64,000 nt of DNA from Eledone cirrhosa (GCA_964016885.1 OZ024742.1:357058001-357122000); one strand, 5' to 3'; numbered from the stretch's first letter, positions 50,921-63,794 are shown. The notes: generated from the sequence alone by a model not told the origin. A program made the numbers and translations.

Positions 50921-51060
50921 CAAAGAAAGTGTGGTAAGAAACCAGATGGACCATAACACACCAGAATACTCGATACTTGGGGTAGTAGAGTGGATAAGAG
51001 TTTGGATCTAGCTGTTGAAATGGCCAGAGCTCAGCCATTGGGGTCCTGACTCTTTTCCTA
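50917..51060 (-). mobile_element. Fold-back family D copy, decayed
   Basis: GGTAAGAAACCAGATGGACCATAA shared with 22556; in (TA)n. Confidence 0.65.
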
Positions 51061-52044
51061 TATTTATATATAAATAATGGTTTTGGATATCCACTTTACA
51101 TGTTGGCATAGGTGTGAGCAATGTTTGAGGCTGTCTTACAGTTGGATCCCCTATTTTATGCCAACTCTTCTAGAAGGCTCTAATGGTTTGCAGGAATATA
51201 GTGTATCTATTACATATAAAGCCAAAGATACATTTGATACATATACATGTGTGTGTGTGCAGCAAATACCTTTTGTATATATATGTAGATATATATATAA
51301 AAGGACGAGGGAGAGAGAATTAGCAAGACAAGAGATCACGTTTGATTGTGTCTATTAATGTATAGAAACTAGAAGTAAATTACAATAGATATTCTTGCTT
51401 CCCCACCACCATCTCCCCTATACTTCTTCTCCTCCTCTTTTGCCAGCCAACCAGTTTTACCTTTTTTTTTTATGAAATTATAAAAGAAATATATGTAAAA
51501 ATGAAGAAAGAATAAATATGTTATCTACTCCAAGCTATTATTGTACATTGGCATCTGTCCCATAAAGTCATAATTCTCTTCCTGTGGCATACTTGAAATT
51601 AAAATAATCAATATAGAAAATAAAATAAATTCAAACTTGGTGCTAAACAATTAGTTTCTTTTTTGTATTTTTTTTACTTTCACTTTTATATATTTCTTTA
51701 TATTTCATTTCATTGCAAATAATTTCTGTTTCTTTATTTCTCGCAATACAAAAGAATACATATTCAAAATCTAAATTTTTTTAAATATTCATATGTATAT
51801 TTTTGTTTTTATTTTATATGATATTTTGGTACATTCCACCAAACAAAAGCTTATCCTGGAAATCTATAAATGGCCATAGCAAACGTAATAAAGAATTTAC
51901 ATATAGTAAATAGCAGAGAGGGGCAGGGGAGACAGTTTAGAATACATATGGAATTTGTTATATATTTCAATAGATGAGAGAATTCTGATCCATGAAAATT
52001 TTAATATAAAACTATTAGAGCAAGAATCTGTTGAATAAATGTTC

Positions 52045-52099
<55 letters not shown>

Positions 52100-52666
52100 C
52101 CAGGCAGTGTAACTTGGAGTTACTGTAGGTTCACCCGGGTGAGCACTCGATGTTTAGGTTCACTTCAGTGTCGAGGTGTAGAGCTATACAGAGTGTATTA
52201 TCGTGAAAAGATAACAAGGATGATTGGTTACTCCTTCATTACATTTATTGATTGGTGATGCACGTTTCGCCACTGATCAGCTCAAGGTTCGATCTATATC
52301 GATCTTACCCGACTCTGAAATCTGCGGCTCGGCGGACCCCTTAAAATGCTAGTAGAAAATGAATACATGCTATATGATAAAATCAGAAATTCATATGTTG
52401 GTCAATAAAGATTGTTTTGATTGGTGGAATAGATCATAGGGATGTTTTTGCCTGTAGTGCATGTGGGGGTGGATGTGATGATAAAATGGTGGTGACGGTC
52501 ACAGGCTGAGATAGGCTGTGGTGTGGGGGTGGTGGATTGTCGGTAGACAGATTGGCATATATTTGTGCCGGATTTTTGTGTGTGGTGTGAGTGTGGTGTT
52601 GTTGTTTGTGGTAATGGTGTTTATGGTGGTGTAATGGATGTGTTGGTGTTGTCAAATTCAATAAGG

Positions 52667-54008
52667 AGAAGGCAATAATGGAGGAGTTTAAGACCGGATG
52701 CCCATGAGAACTCCTGTATGCTGATGACCTCGCACTTATAGCTGAATTTATGGTAGAACTAGAGAAGAAATTCCAAACTTGGAAGCAGGGATAAGAAAGA
52801 AAGGGTCTCAAAGTCAACATGACAAAGACTAAGGTCCTTGTAAGTAGACGAGAAAACATAACCCAGATCCCCCCAGGGAAATCGCCTTGCTCAGTATGTA
52901 GGAGGGGTGTAGGTAGAAACTCCATTCTCTGCCCCAAATGCAAATAATGGGTACACAAGAGATGTAGCAGGATCTCAGGAAACTTTACTAAGAATGTAGG
53001 CTTCACATGTAGCAACTGTGCTGGGACAGCAAGCCTCAAACAGCCACAGGAAACAAGTACCACTAAACTCTGGGAGGACTCTGTAGAAACAGTAGACAGC
53101 TTCTATTACCTAGGTGACCGAATTAGCAGGGGAGGTGGGTGTTCAGAAAGTAAAAATAACTAGGTTAAGAACGGGATGGAAGAAGTTCAGGGAGCTACTG
53201 CCACTGCTAGCTGCAAAAGGCTTTTCCCTCAAAATGAAAGGCAGACTGTATGATGCGTGTATATGAACAGCAATGTTACATGGTAGTGAGACCTGGGCAC
53301 TGAAGGTGGAAGACTTATGTAGATTAGAAAGAAACGAAGCCTGTATTCTCGAATGGATGTGTAATACGCGAACGGCAAAGCATAAATGAATTGAGAGAGA
53401 GAGACTGAGTATAAGAGGAATCAAATGCTGTGTGCAGGAGAGGCGGTTGCATTGGTATGGACATGTGATGGGTATGAAGGATGACAGCTGCATAAAAAGG
53501 TGCAGAGCACTAGAAGTCGAGTGGGGAGACCCAAGAAGACTTGGGATGAGGTGATAAAAGCCGACCTTACCCAATTACACCTCTCAAAGGTGATGACCGT
53601 GACCTCTGGTGACCTCTGGCGTCACGCAGTAATACAGAAGACCCAACCCCAAATGGGTTCAAGCCGAAGCTGAAGCATATAGACAATATGTCCACACACC
53701 CTCCCACTGCAAAGTGGTCGTGGAGGTGCCACGACAAAAAAGCACCCAGCCCACACTGTAAAGTGGACGTGTAGGCGCCACGGAATAAAAGCACCCAGCC
53801 CACTCTGTAAAGTGGACGTGTAGGCGCCACGGAAAAAAAGCACCCAGCACTCATTGTAAATGAGGTTGGTGTTAGGAAGGGCATCCAGCTGTAGAAATCA
53901 AGCCAGGATTAGTTCCCGTATGAGCAAGACAATGCCCACAACAGGACAACCCGTCTAACCCATGCTAGCGTGGAAGAACGGACGTAAAACGATGATGATG
54001 ATGATGAT
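52667..54008 (+). mobile_element. RTE 3' half (defective subfamily)
   Basis: Starts at AGGCAATAA.GGAGGAG, just before LYADDL, and ends in (GAT)n. Confidence 0.92.
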
Positions 54009-54886
54009 ACATAGACACACTTAGTCTGACAAAAACGTTGTATACATACACATGTGTATATATATATGTATATAGAGAGGGGGATAGCCAGTGGAGATGG
54101 CGTTGTTGATAGAGAGAGGGGGAGAGCCAATGGCGTTGTACATATAAATATACTTACACACAGACACACACACTTGCGTTGTTTAGGGAGGGATGATATG
54201 TGTTGGTGATGTTAATGATGTTAATGATTGTTGAAGTATGGAGATTATCTAGTGGTGGCGATGGTGGTGTGTGCAGTAGAATATTTACAGGATCGAATTT
54301 TAAGGAAGGATTGCAGGTTAAAAAAAGACAGAGGAAACACGGGGAAACAAGGTTGTGGGTGTGGGATGGTAGACATATAGCGATGTCTATGGTGGTGGTG
54401 GTGGTGGCTATGGAGTGATATGATCGACATTATATTTACAGGATTGGATGCTACTGTAGTTTACAAGGTAAAACCTGACAGAGAGGACAGATAGAACACC
54501 ATGGTACTGAGATGAAGGGTGTATGGTGATGTATCTTTTGGTGGGGGTGAAGGATGCGACATGATATTTACTTCTGAACTTTCCAACTGCAACCACATTT
54601 ACAGTGAATGCTGGGTGCTTTTTTTCCTGTGGCGCCTACACGTCCACTTTACAGTGTGGGTCGGGTGTACATATACATATATATATATATACAGACATAT
54701 ATGTGCGTGTGAGTCCTGGGTTCAATCATGGGGTAACCACAGCAAAGTACTCAATATATTAGTAGAGTGTAAACATCATGTTTAATATAGAAATGGCTTC
54801 TACAGAACTACAACTGTTTCATTCAAAAGAAATAATCAGGAAAGCCGATTGTAGGCTTTCCTGATGATTTCTATATTAAATATTAA

Positions 54887-54920
<34 letters not shown>

Positions 54921-54925
<5 letters not shown>

Positions 54926-55114
54926 AACAAGTAAGACCCCGACGGCTGAGCTCAAGCCGTTTCGACGGCTAATTCAGTCCAGAATTAGCCGTCGAAACGG
55001 CTTGAGCTCAGCCGTCGGGGTCTTACTTGTTCCTATTACCCACTCTACTACCCTAAGTATTGAGTACTTTGGTGCGTTATGGTCCACCTGGTTCCTTACC
55101 ATATTTCCTTCGTT
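54921..55114 (+). mobile_element. Fold-back family D, best copy: perfect hairpin plus tail, with the 3' half of a hammerhead
   Basis: Arms 54921-54975 and 54982-55036, tail 55037-55114. GAAA-CGGCT-TGAGCTC-AGCCG-TC-GGGGTC gives stem III and a GUC cleavage triplet. Confidence 0.7.
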
Positions 55115-55884
55115 ATATATATATATATATATATATATTGGAGCTCAGTTGGTTCTGATGGTGAGTTCTATACTTGATTCAATCAATGGATTTTCTTGCT
55201 AGTGAAATTGCCATGCAAGTGGTTGAGTATTCCACAGACAGAGGCAGCCTTAAAGTAGTTCTTTGCGAGATTCAGGGTGAAACATGTGTGACGAGATTGC
55301 TCTCTTGACTTACAGGTACAATTAATTCTGGCCAGCTGAGTAGGGCTGGATTTAATTGAGTGCAAATGGGGCAATTGCCACAGCCCCCCCCCCCCCCCCC
55401 TGCAGTGGGGACCCCAACAGCAACAGCTGCAGCAATTTATTAGTACCCTCTGCTGGGGGTTTCAGGTTTATCTCTTTGACAACGACGACTATATTTTTAG
55501 CAAAATGTATTTTATGTCCTTACTGTGGCAAACTTCAACAAATGTCTGGTCTCTACTACTACTACTACTACTCCCACCACCACCACCAACACTACTACTA
55601 CTACTACTACTACTACTACCGCTAGTGTAAATGTCTGGTGTCAGACTCTAACAATCTGTCCTACACAGTGTAGAAAGTGGCCGTAAAATGAGGATGGTTA
55701 GATGTCTTGAATTTAATACCTGTATGTATAACTTTTCAATTCCAATTAACTGTGCCAAGCTGACTTTGATATGTAAAATTGGGGGTTTGCTGTGTATTGG
55801 GGGGTCCAGGACCCCAAGATCTGGCCTTGCATCTGGGTGGACTGCATCAACTATAGGACTTTGCTGATTGGGACCCACAAGCTA

Positions 55885-56242
55885 TGCTGGGGGCTTGGAG
55901 GCCATGATTTCCAGCATAGTTACATCCCTTTACGGTCTGAGTTCAAATCCCGCCGAGGTTAACTTTGCCTTTCATCCTTACGGGGTCGATAAAATAAAGT
56001 ACCAGTAATGTACTGAGTAATTGCTGGCCTTGTGCCAAAAGTAGAAACAAGTATTCTATGTACTATACATTCACCTTTGGTGAGTTGTAGTGTACGTGAG
56101 CACTGTACACAATCATTTTCATTATATTATAGTACATAGAATAATTATTTCTACTATTGGCACAAGGCCAGCAATTACCCAGTACATTACTGGTACTTTA
56201 TTTTATCGACCCCGTAAGGATGAAAGGCAAAGTCAACCTCGG
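55885..56242. mobile_element. Two SINE copies in inverted orientation around a CR1 tail fragment
   Basis: 55885-56050 on plus and 56140-56242 on minus. Confidence 0.8.
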
Positions 56243-57330
56243 TACATAGAATAATGTACAAAAGTCAGATACTTGTGTACAAATATTCCAATACGGCAAG
56301 GCCTAATGGATTCCCCTTGCAGCACGTACAATCTGGACACTCACACACACCTTGGTGTTATGACAATACTATATATCATTTCACACCTTTTATTATTAAG
56401 GTTTTTGATGTTCTATTGAGAGAATCGTTTTTACTGAAAATATCAAATAATGTACAGCATTTTTACCAGTATCACAAAAATGCTGGTCCACCCACACACA
56501 CATACACACACACACACATATATACACACACACATACACACGCGTACACTAACATACAAAGAGACATATACACACACACACACCTCTCCGTATAAGACGA
56601 GCTGAAAAATATCTTTTAACATATTAAAATATCCCCCACACACGTACAGACACATTCCTACTGACCGATCCCTCTACCACGAATTACTCTGTTACATACA
56701 CACACACACACACACTTGTCTTAATAGGCATCTGAACTGTTGACCTGTCAGCAGGCTGCGGTTCGCACACACATCCCTGCTGACCATTATCACAACAACG
56801 AAGCTCTTTACTACTACTACTACTACACACACACACACACACACACATATTTGTCTTGAAAGACTTATTTTTCAGTGACTTCTCAATCAGCCGAGACAAA
56901 CCTACATTTGGCGCAAAATCAATTTTTAACATTCACATGACCTCTACCGACCAATCAAAATTGTTTTGACCACAATAAGTTTTGCAACACGAATTGGCGC
57001 GAAACTTATTTTAACACATCTAGAGCCACTTTTTTCACATAAAACAGGTAGAATTTCCAAAACTAATCGGATTAGAGCAAACATCACGGGTGCTCTATCT
57101 CAAAATTATTTTTGAAAAGCATTAGAAATGCGCAACCGGTAAAGACTTAAAACCAAAACTGAATACTAACCAATACTATTACTAATTTTTACTTATTCCT
57201 AATTAAACTATTTTTTACTGGGAACAATTTGTCAGCATTTTCTTTTCCTTTTACCAATATATCATAACTCGTGTGTTACACCTCTATTTTTTAAATATAT
57301 ATATATATACATATATTCATTCCTCATATA

Positions 57331-57364
<34 letters not shown>

Positions 57365-60225
57365 TTAAGGATACTATTTATGGTTATGTATATAATAAAA
57401 CCTTTTATAGTTATATATATTTTAAACCCTAAATAGTGAAAGACAGTAATTCATTACTATCTTATTACCAGTAAGATAAATAGCTCAATGTAACAACATC
57501 AGTTGTTTTACAGAGCAGTTATATAGAAATTACATGAATCAAAGTTCAGTTTAAATCATTTATTTGCTTACAATTGTTTCCTCCAAACCGAGGTTCGGAT
57601 TCTTCGGAGCAATTATTTAGTGATTTTTTACATACTCGACCTCCTTTTCAACACAAGAGACATATAGAAACATATGTATATATTGACCCACAGTGGGTTG
57701 ACATCCATCATAATAATATAGCATGGCAATTTACATACAAAGGTTACAGTCATATTAAAGGACAAAATTAAAGTTAAAATAAAAATAAAAATAAAAATAA
57801 AACATTGGCAGTTTATGAAGATAAAGCAAGAGGAAAGTTTAGAGTAGTCAGTGTATGTAACAGTCTCACGTGTGGCATGCACGCGTGTCTTATTTATACA
57901 GGATTATAGTGCGGCAGATTGTTACATGTAAAATAAGCAGTCAAATCAGGCAATCAATAGCATCATGGGGGCTGTATTGTTAAAGCATTTTTCACACACA
58001 CCTGTACGATATAGAAGCCCGTGTGTAGAGAGACACCAAAAATATCAAAAATATTACAAATGTGAAGCAAAATAGCACCACTGTCCTCGCACCCACCACC
58101 ACTCACATAATCCAGGAAACGCAATTTATAGACTACATGTCCATCACACAATCCACGATGATTCAACATTGGGTGCCTGGTGAACCATGTTATAAATCAT
58201 AGCTTGTCGTTCTTTAATTCGATTCATAGATCAGGTTGTTTTTGTTGTGAGAGATGACATTGTATTATATTCCGGAAGTGTGTGTGTGATTAAGGGGAGT
58301 TAATGCGTAAGGGGAGGTAACTAGCTGATTTCCATAGTTAAATTTATTATCCTAAAGTACATTAATGGTGTTTCAAATGAGTCCCTATCATATAAGGTTA
58401 TAAACAATTTCTAAATTTAAGTATCTTATCTATAAATTACAGTGTAGTCTATCAAGAAGGACTAAAGGTATCCATATCAGGATGATTACCTTCTATCATG
58501 GAGTGCCACAACCGAACATTCTACATGAAGAGTCAGACCTCCAAATCAATGATCTTTGTAACTGTAGTCCACCCGCAGAACCTAGCAGGGTCTTATTACT
58601 ATATATGACTCCTGGTAAGCTCTGGGTCATTGTATGTCTGAATGCATGGCAAAGTTAAATATCACCAGGGTGGTCCAGAGATCAATTGTCTCATACAAAG
58701 ACACTAATCTGGCCATCAAGTCATACATATACTCATAACTCATATATCACCTGTAAATAATTCATTGTACTCAGCATATAGAATATATAGCTCTTTTAAT
58801 AAATTAATTACTTAATCTTCTATTTATCCTATGGTGGCACTCCATGTACAGGACAATGTTAGCACAACCAATTCAGTGCCTACAGTTTACATTAATTGTA
58901 TATTAGTGCAATGTAGTCCAAGTAATTTAAAGCCAATATACCAAAAGTAGAAGTACATGGGGATATCTCTAGGGTAAAAGGTACTATGAGTGTGTCACTA
59001 TTTGTGTTAAAGTGGATTAATGGGTGTGGAGATGAGGTGTAAGGTGTGCCCCTGGTGCTAGTTGCTAGAGGTGGTGACGGGTTCAAGTCTGACATTGTTA
59101 TATATTGGGTTTAAAGATTTGGAAGGAGTGCCGGAAGCGGTGTTGGCAAGACGCGAACACTTCTGATTTTTTATTAAGGAGGTTATGGTTAGAGAAGATG
59201 ATAGTATGGGTCTCTAGTAGACAGAGGTTACAAAATGTATTAGGTGGTTTGTACGATGTCGCATTACCTATCACTTCCCATTTAAGTGTATATGGTTTAT
59301 TTTTAGTTTTTAGATAGTGTATGTAGCTAGATAGTGAAGTGGAGTTGGCTAGACTGTGTTTTTTGAAAGAGTGGAGGTGCGAATTGTATCTAGTTTTGAA
59401 GCAGTTAGAAGTAGAGCCTATATAGGTTTCAGAACAGTTGTTAGTTGTGACTGTGTATGAGTATATGATATCCTTGATTAAGTATTTTTTATCTAAAGGG
59501 CAGGTTCTATTTGATATACAGTTACAATTATTCTGGGTGTTAGTCTGCCGGTTATTATGTTGTGTAGAAGTCTGGATGGTAGCTATAGGGTTATGGTTAT
59601 GTGGGTTGTCGTTCCCAGCGTTATTGATTACACTAGTGCTATTACTATTATTTCTATTGATATTAGGGTTAGTTGCTATAATGTTATTTTGAAGGTTTAT
59701 CGTCTGTTGTGATTTAGTTTGTTGGAAGTAAGAATTAATTTTTCTTTTATTGCTACTAGCTATGTGATATGCTATGTTAGGCGTAGTAGAGTAGGAGATA
59801 TTAAAATCTCCTACTCTACTACGCCTAACAATCTGCCGCACTATAATCTTGTATAAATAAGACACGCGTGCATGCCACAAGTGAGACTGTTACATACACT
59901 GACTACTCTAAACTTTCCTCTTGCTTTATCTTCATAAACTGCCTATGTTTTATTTTTTATTTTTATTTTTATTTTAACTTTAATTTTGTCCTTTAATATG
60001 ACTGTAACCTTTGTATGTAAATTGCATGCTATATTATTATGATGGATGTCAACCCACTGTGGGTCAATATATACATATGTTTCTATATGTCACTTGTGTT
60101 GAAAAGGAGGTCGAGTATGTAAAAAATCACTAAATAATTGCTCCGAAGAATCCGAACCTCGGTTTGGAGGAAACAATTGTAAGCAAATAAATGATTTAAA
60201 CTGAACTTTGATTCATGTAATTTCT
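57365..60225 (-). mobile_element. Second Naiad-type PLE remnant with terminal inverted arms
   Basis: Arms 57523-57923 and 59826-60225 are reverse complements and enclose a GIY-YIG ORF. It is flanked by (TA)n and (CT)n(TA)n. A diverged relative of the arm lies at about 62335-62540. Confidence 0.8.
59098..59825 (-). pseudogene. PLE linker and GIY-YIG endonuclease (5'-truncated)
   Basis: ISYSTTPNI...CNCISNRTCPL...IIY...YIGSTSNCFKTRYNSHLHSF...TSLSSYIHYLK...W...CNLCLLE...LLNKKSEVFASCQHR. Confidence 0.88.
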
Positions 60226-60441
60226 CTCTCTCTATATATATATACATTTTTATTAATACATTTTTACACTTCTTAATCCAATTATTAGTATTTAAACCCA
60301 ATATAAAATAGTATACCCAGTTTCTATATTTTAGACCTCTAATATTTGAATACCTTCTATAATATTCGCACATACACCTCATCAATTTACTTTTTAACCG
60401 TTATTTACAGCTAGTTTCATTTTGACAGCATTCCTGATCAA

Positions 60442-60501
<60 letters not shown>

Positions 60502-60667
60502 TCTTTCTTTTTTCCTTTTTTCCTCTCTTATCTTTCTTTTTCCTTTTTCTCCCTCTTCTTTCCTTTTCTTCTATTTTCCTATCTTTTTCTTACTCTTATA
60601 TTTCTGTCATATGTAGACCTTGCACTTTCCTGTTGAAAGTGTTTTTAGGCCTCATATCATGTTACCT

Positions 60668-60737
60668 TATTTTATGTGATGAAAACACAATTTTTGTCCC
60701 AGGACGATGTTGTTTTCGAAATGCGCATAATAAAATA
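60668..60737 (+). ncRNA. Hammerhead ribozyme with a core mutation (GTGATGA)
   Basis: TATTTTAT-GTGATGA-AAACA..TGTTTTC-GAAA-TGCGCA-TA-ATAAAATA. Same stem I as 7914-7988; palindrome ATGCGCAT. Confidence 0.6.
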
Positions 60738-60860
60738 TATGGAACATTTTTAACCATCTTTTAATTTCTTCTTTAATATATACTCAGGTTCTACCAACTG
60801 TTGAGTGCTACTTATCTGATATATGCATAGTTTTATTGTTCTACAATATTACTCACCTTC

Positions 60861-60895
<35 letters not shown>

Positions 60896-60915
60896 GTGTG
60901 TGTGTGTGTGTGTGT

Positions 60916-62220
60916 AGAAGGCAATAACGGAGGAGTTTAAGACCGGATGCCCATGGGAACTCCTGTATGCTGATGACCTTGCACTTATAGCTGAATCTAT
61001 GGTAGAACTAGAGAAGAAATTCCAAACTTGGAAGCAGGGACTAGAAAGAAAGGGTCTCAAAGTCAACATGACAAAGACTAAGGTCCTTGTAAATAGACGA
61101 GAAAACAGAACCCAGATCCCCTCAGGGAAATGGTCTTGCTAAGTATGTAGGAAAGGTGTAGGTAGGAACTCCATTCTCTGCCCCAAATGCAAACAATGGG
61201 TACACAAGAGATGTAGCGGGATCTCAGGAAGCTTAATTAAGAATGTAGGCTTCACATGCAGCAGCTGTACTGGGACAGCAAGCAGCAAACAGCCAGGAAA
61301 TAAGTACCACCAATCTCTGGAGGGCTCTGTAGAAACAGTAGACAGCTTCTGCTACCTAGGTGACCGAATTAGCAGCGGAGGTGGGTGTTCAGAAAGTACA
61401 ATAACTAGGGTAAGAACGGGATAGAAGAAGTTTAGGGAACTACTGCCACTGCTAGCTGCAAAAGGCTTCTCCCTCAAAATGAAAGGCAGACTGTATGATG
61501 CGTGTATATGAACAGCAATGTTACATGGTAGAGAGACCTGGGCGCTGAAGGTGGACGACTTACGTAGATTAGAAAGAAACGAAGCCTGTATGCTCCGATG
61601 GATGTATATTAGTAATATACGCGAACGGCAAAGCATAAACGAATTGAGAGAGAGACTGTGCATAAGAGGAATCAAATGTTGTGTGCAGGAGAGGCGGTTG
61701 CATTGGTATGGACATGTGATGCGCATGAAGGATGACAGCTGCATAAAAAGGTGCAGAGCACTAGAAGTCAATGGAAACCGCGGAGTGGCGAGACCCAAGA
61801 AGACCTGAGATGAGATGATAAAAGCCGACCTTACCCAATTACACCTCTCAAAGGTGATGACCGTGACCTCTGGTGTCACGCAGTAATACAGAAGACCCGA
61901 CCCTCCACGGGTACAAGCCAAAGCTGAATCATATAGACAATATGCCCACACACCCTCCCACTGTAAAGTGGTCGTGGAAGTGCCACAGCAAAAAAGCACC
62001 CAGCCCACACTGTAAAGTGGACGTGTAGGCTCCACGTAAAAAAAGCAGGCAGCACTCACTGTAAATGAGGTTGGTGTTAGGAAGGTCATCCAGCTGTAGA
62101 ATCCAAGTCAAAATCACTTCCTGTATGAGCAAGGCATGGTCAGCTGTATGAGCAAGGCATGGTCTAACCCATGCTAGCATGGGAGAACAGACGTAAAACG
62201 GTGATGATGATGATGATGAT
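60916..62220 (+). mobile_element. RTE 3' half (defective subfamily)
   Basis: Same 5' breakpoint as 52667; (GAT)n tail. Confidence 0.92.
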
Positions 62221-63794
62221 GTATGTAGATGTGTGTGTGTGTGAGTGTATGTAAACAAATACTTATATGCATATATATATATATGAAATATATGAAATAT
62301 AAGAATCAAAGAACTGTTCAAAACATTATTGTGCTTACAGCTGTTTCCTCCAAACCGAGGTTTGGATTCTTCGGAGCAATTTATTAATGCATGGACAGTT
62401 ATATGACCTCCTTTTCAGCCGAGAGACATACCAATACATATTCAAACATTGATACATATTCAAACATTGTGGGTCAACATTCATTACAGAATTTAGAGTG
62501 GCAGTACACACTTCGAGATTACATTTATATTAATAGGTACAATCAAAAATCAAAGATATAGGTTAAAGTACAACATGAAGATTTAGGGTGTGTGTAAAAT
62601 ACTTACAACTGCATAAGGTTTTGTGTTTACATAACCATAAATAGTATAACTAATACTATATATATATATATATATATAAATATCTACATATATACATATA
62701 TATCAACAACAGAAGGTCGGACTGGAAAATTTACTTTAGAATGTTAATTACATGAAAGCATTAGACATATTTCGATGGCCGAGCCCTATCGTGTGATTAT
62801 GATGCAATGCTAAATGATTTCATCGGGTGTTATTTGCAGAATTATATAACAGATTTATGCTGAACACAAACAGAGAATAGAAAATAGACAACCAATTTGG
62901 GGAACCATCTGCCATGGTTATCACACAGAAAATGTCCAGCAACACCTGCAGCAACAGCCACTCAGTTTCACGCGGCTCATTTCTCAGGTGCATTGTTATC
63001 TTTCCAATTTTTTCAGAGGAAATCAGCACAGCATTTTCTAATGACACACTTTCCATGGCAACTGGTATAAAAAGGAAGTGGTTTGGCAAGCACTGGTATT
63101 TTGTATCTTCTTCTCTCTAGCATTACAAGCAATGGTGCTTGGGTGTGTGACCCAAGCAACAAGGTAGGAGGCAGAGAACAAGTGACAACATATGTGAGGA
63201 ATTGTGTCTAAAACTGACTTTATAACAAGCAATTCATATTTTTCTTCTAGTAAACATGATTGTTGACCTGTTAAACTTATTATTATGAGAGAAGAATATT
63301 CACAAATTTGGCTTAAAAACGATTAAATATGGAAAAGAAAAATAACAGCATAATTAAGTAATAAGAAAATGAGGAAGGAGTAAAGAAGGGCAGATCTGGA
63401 TGTATGGGAAAGTAAAGGAATGGACTATAAAAAGTCATAAATGAGAAGAAAAGGGGGAGAAAGCACGGACTCTAGGGCCATAGATGTGAAGGATGGGAAA
63501 GGCGAGAGGGTGATGGGCTCTGTGCCAAGGGTGTAGCGGTGTTAGGACTGCAACCTACAGACAAACCTGTAAAAACATTTCTGTGGACAATGGCCAGCGA
63601 TACCCACTGCAACAGCCACCCCACCTCGTGGGCCACCTTCCTCAGATGTGCTGCTGATGTTTGAATCTTGGGGAGGAGCTCAGCAGTATGGGGTCCGAGG
63701 ATGCCTAAGGCCTTGAAGGTCTACTGGTGTGAAGAGGAAGTGGTCAGACAATCCCCTGTATTTGTTCATCTTCCTTTTAGCCCATATCCTGCCA

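Noticed and set aside
52245-52300. Minus-strand CTGATCA-GTGGC-GAAACGTGCATC motif
   Set aside because: The core is mutated and there is no stem I or II. At most a decayed PLE end.
54800-54875. Small hairpin with CTGATGA and a minus-strand GAAACAGTTGTA
   Set aside because: Suggestive of another HHR family, but the stem I strands do not pair.
62745-62830. Minus-strand GAAATATGTC with an AGCATTG/TAATGCT stem
   Set aside because: There is no CUGANGA at the required position.
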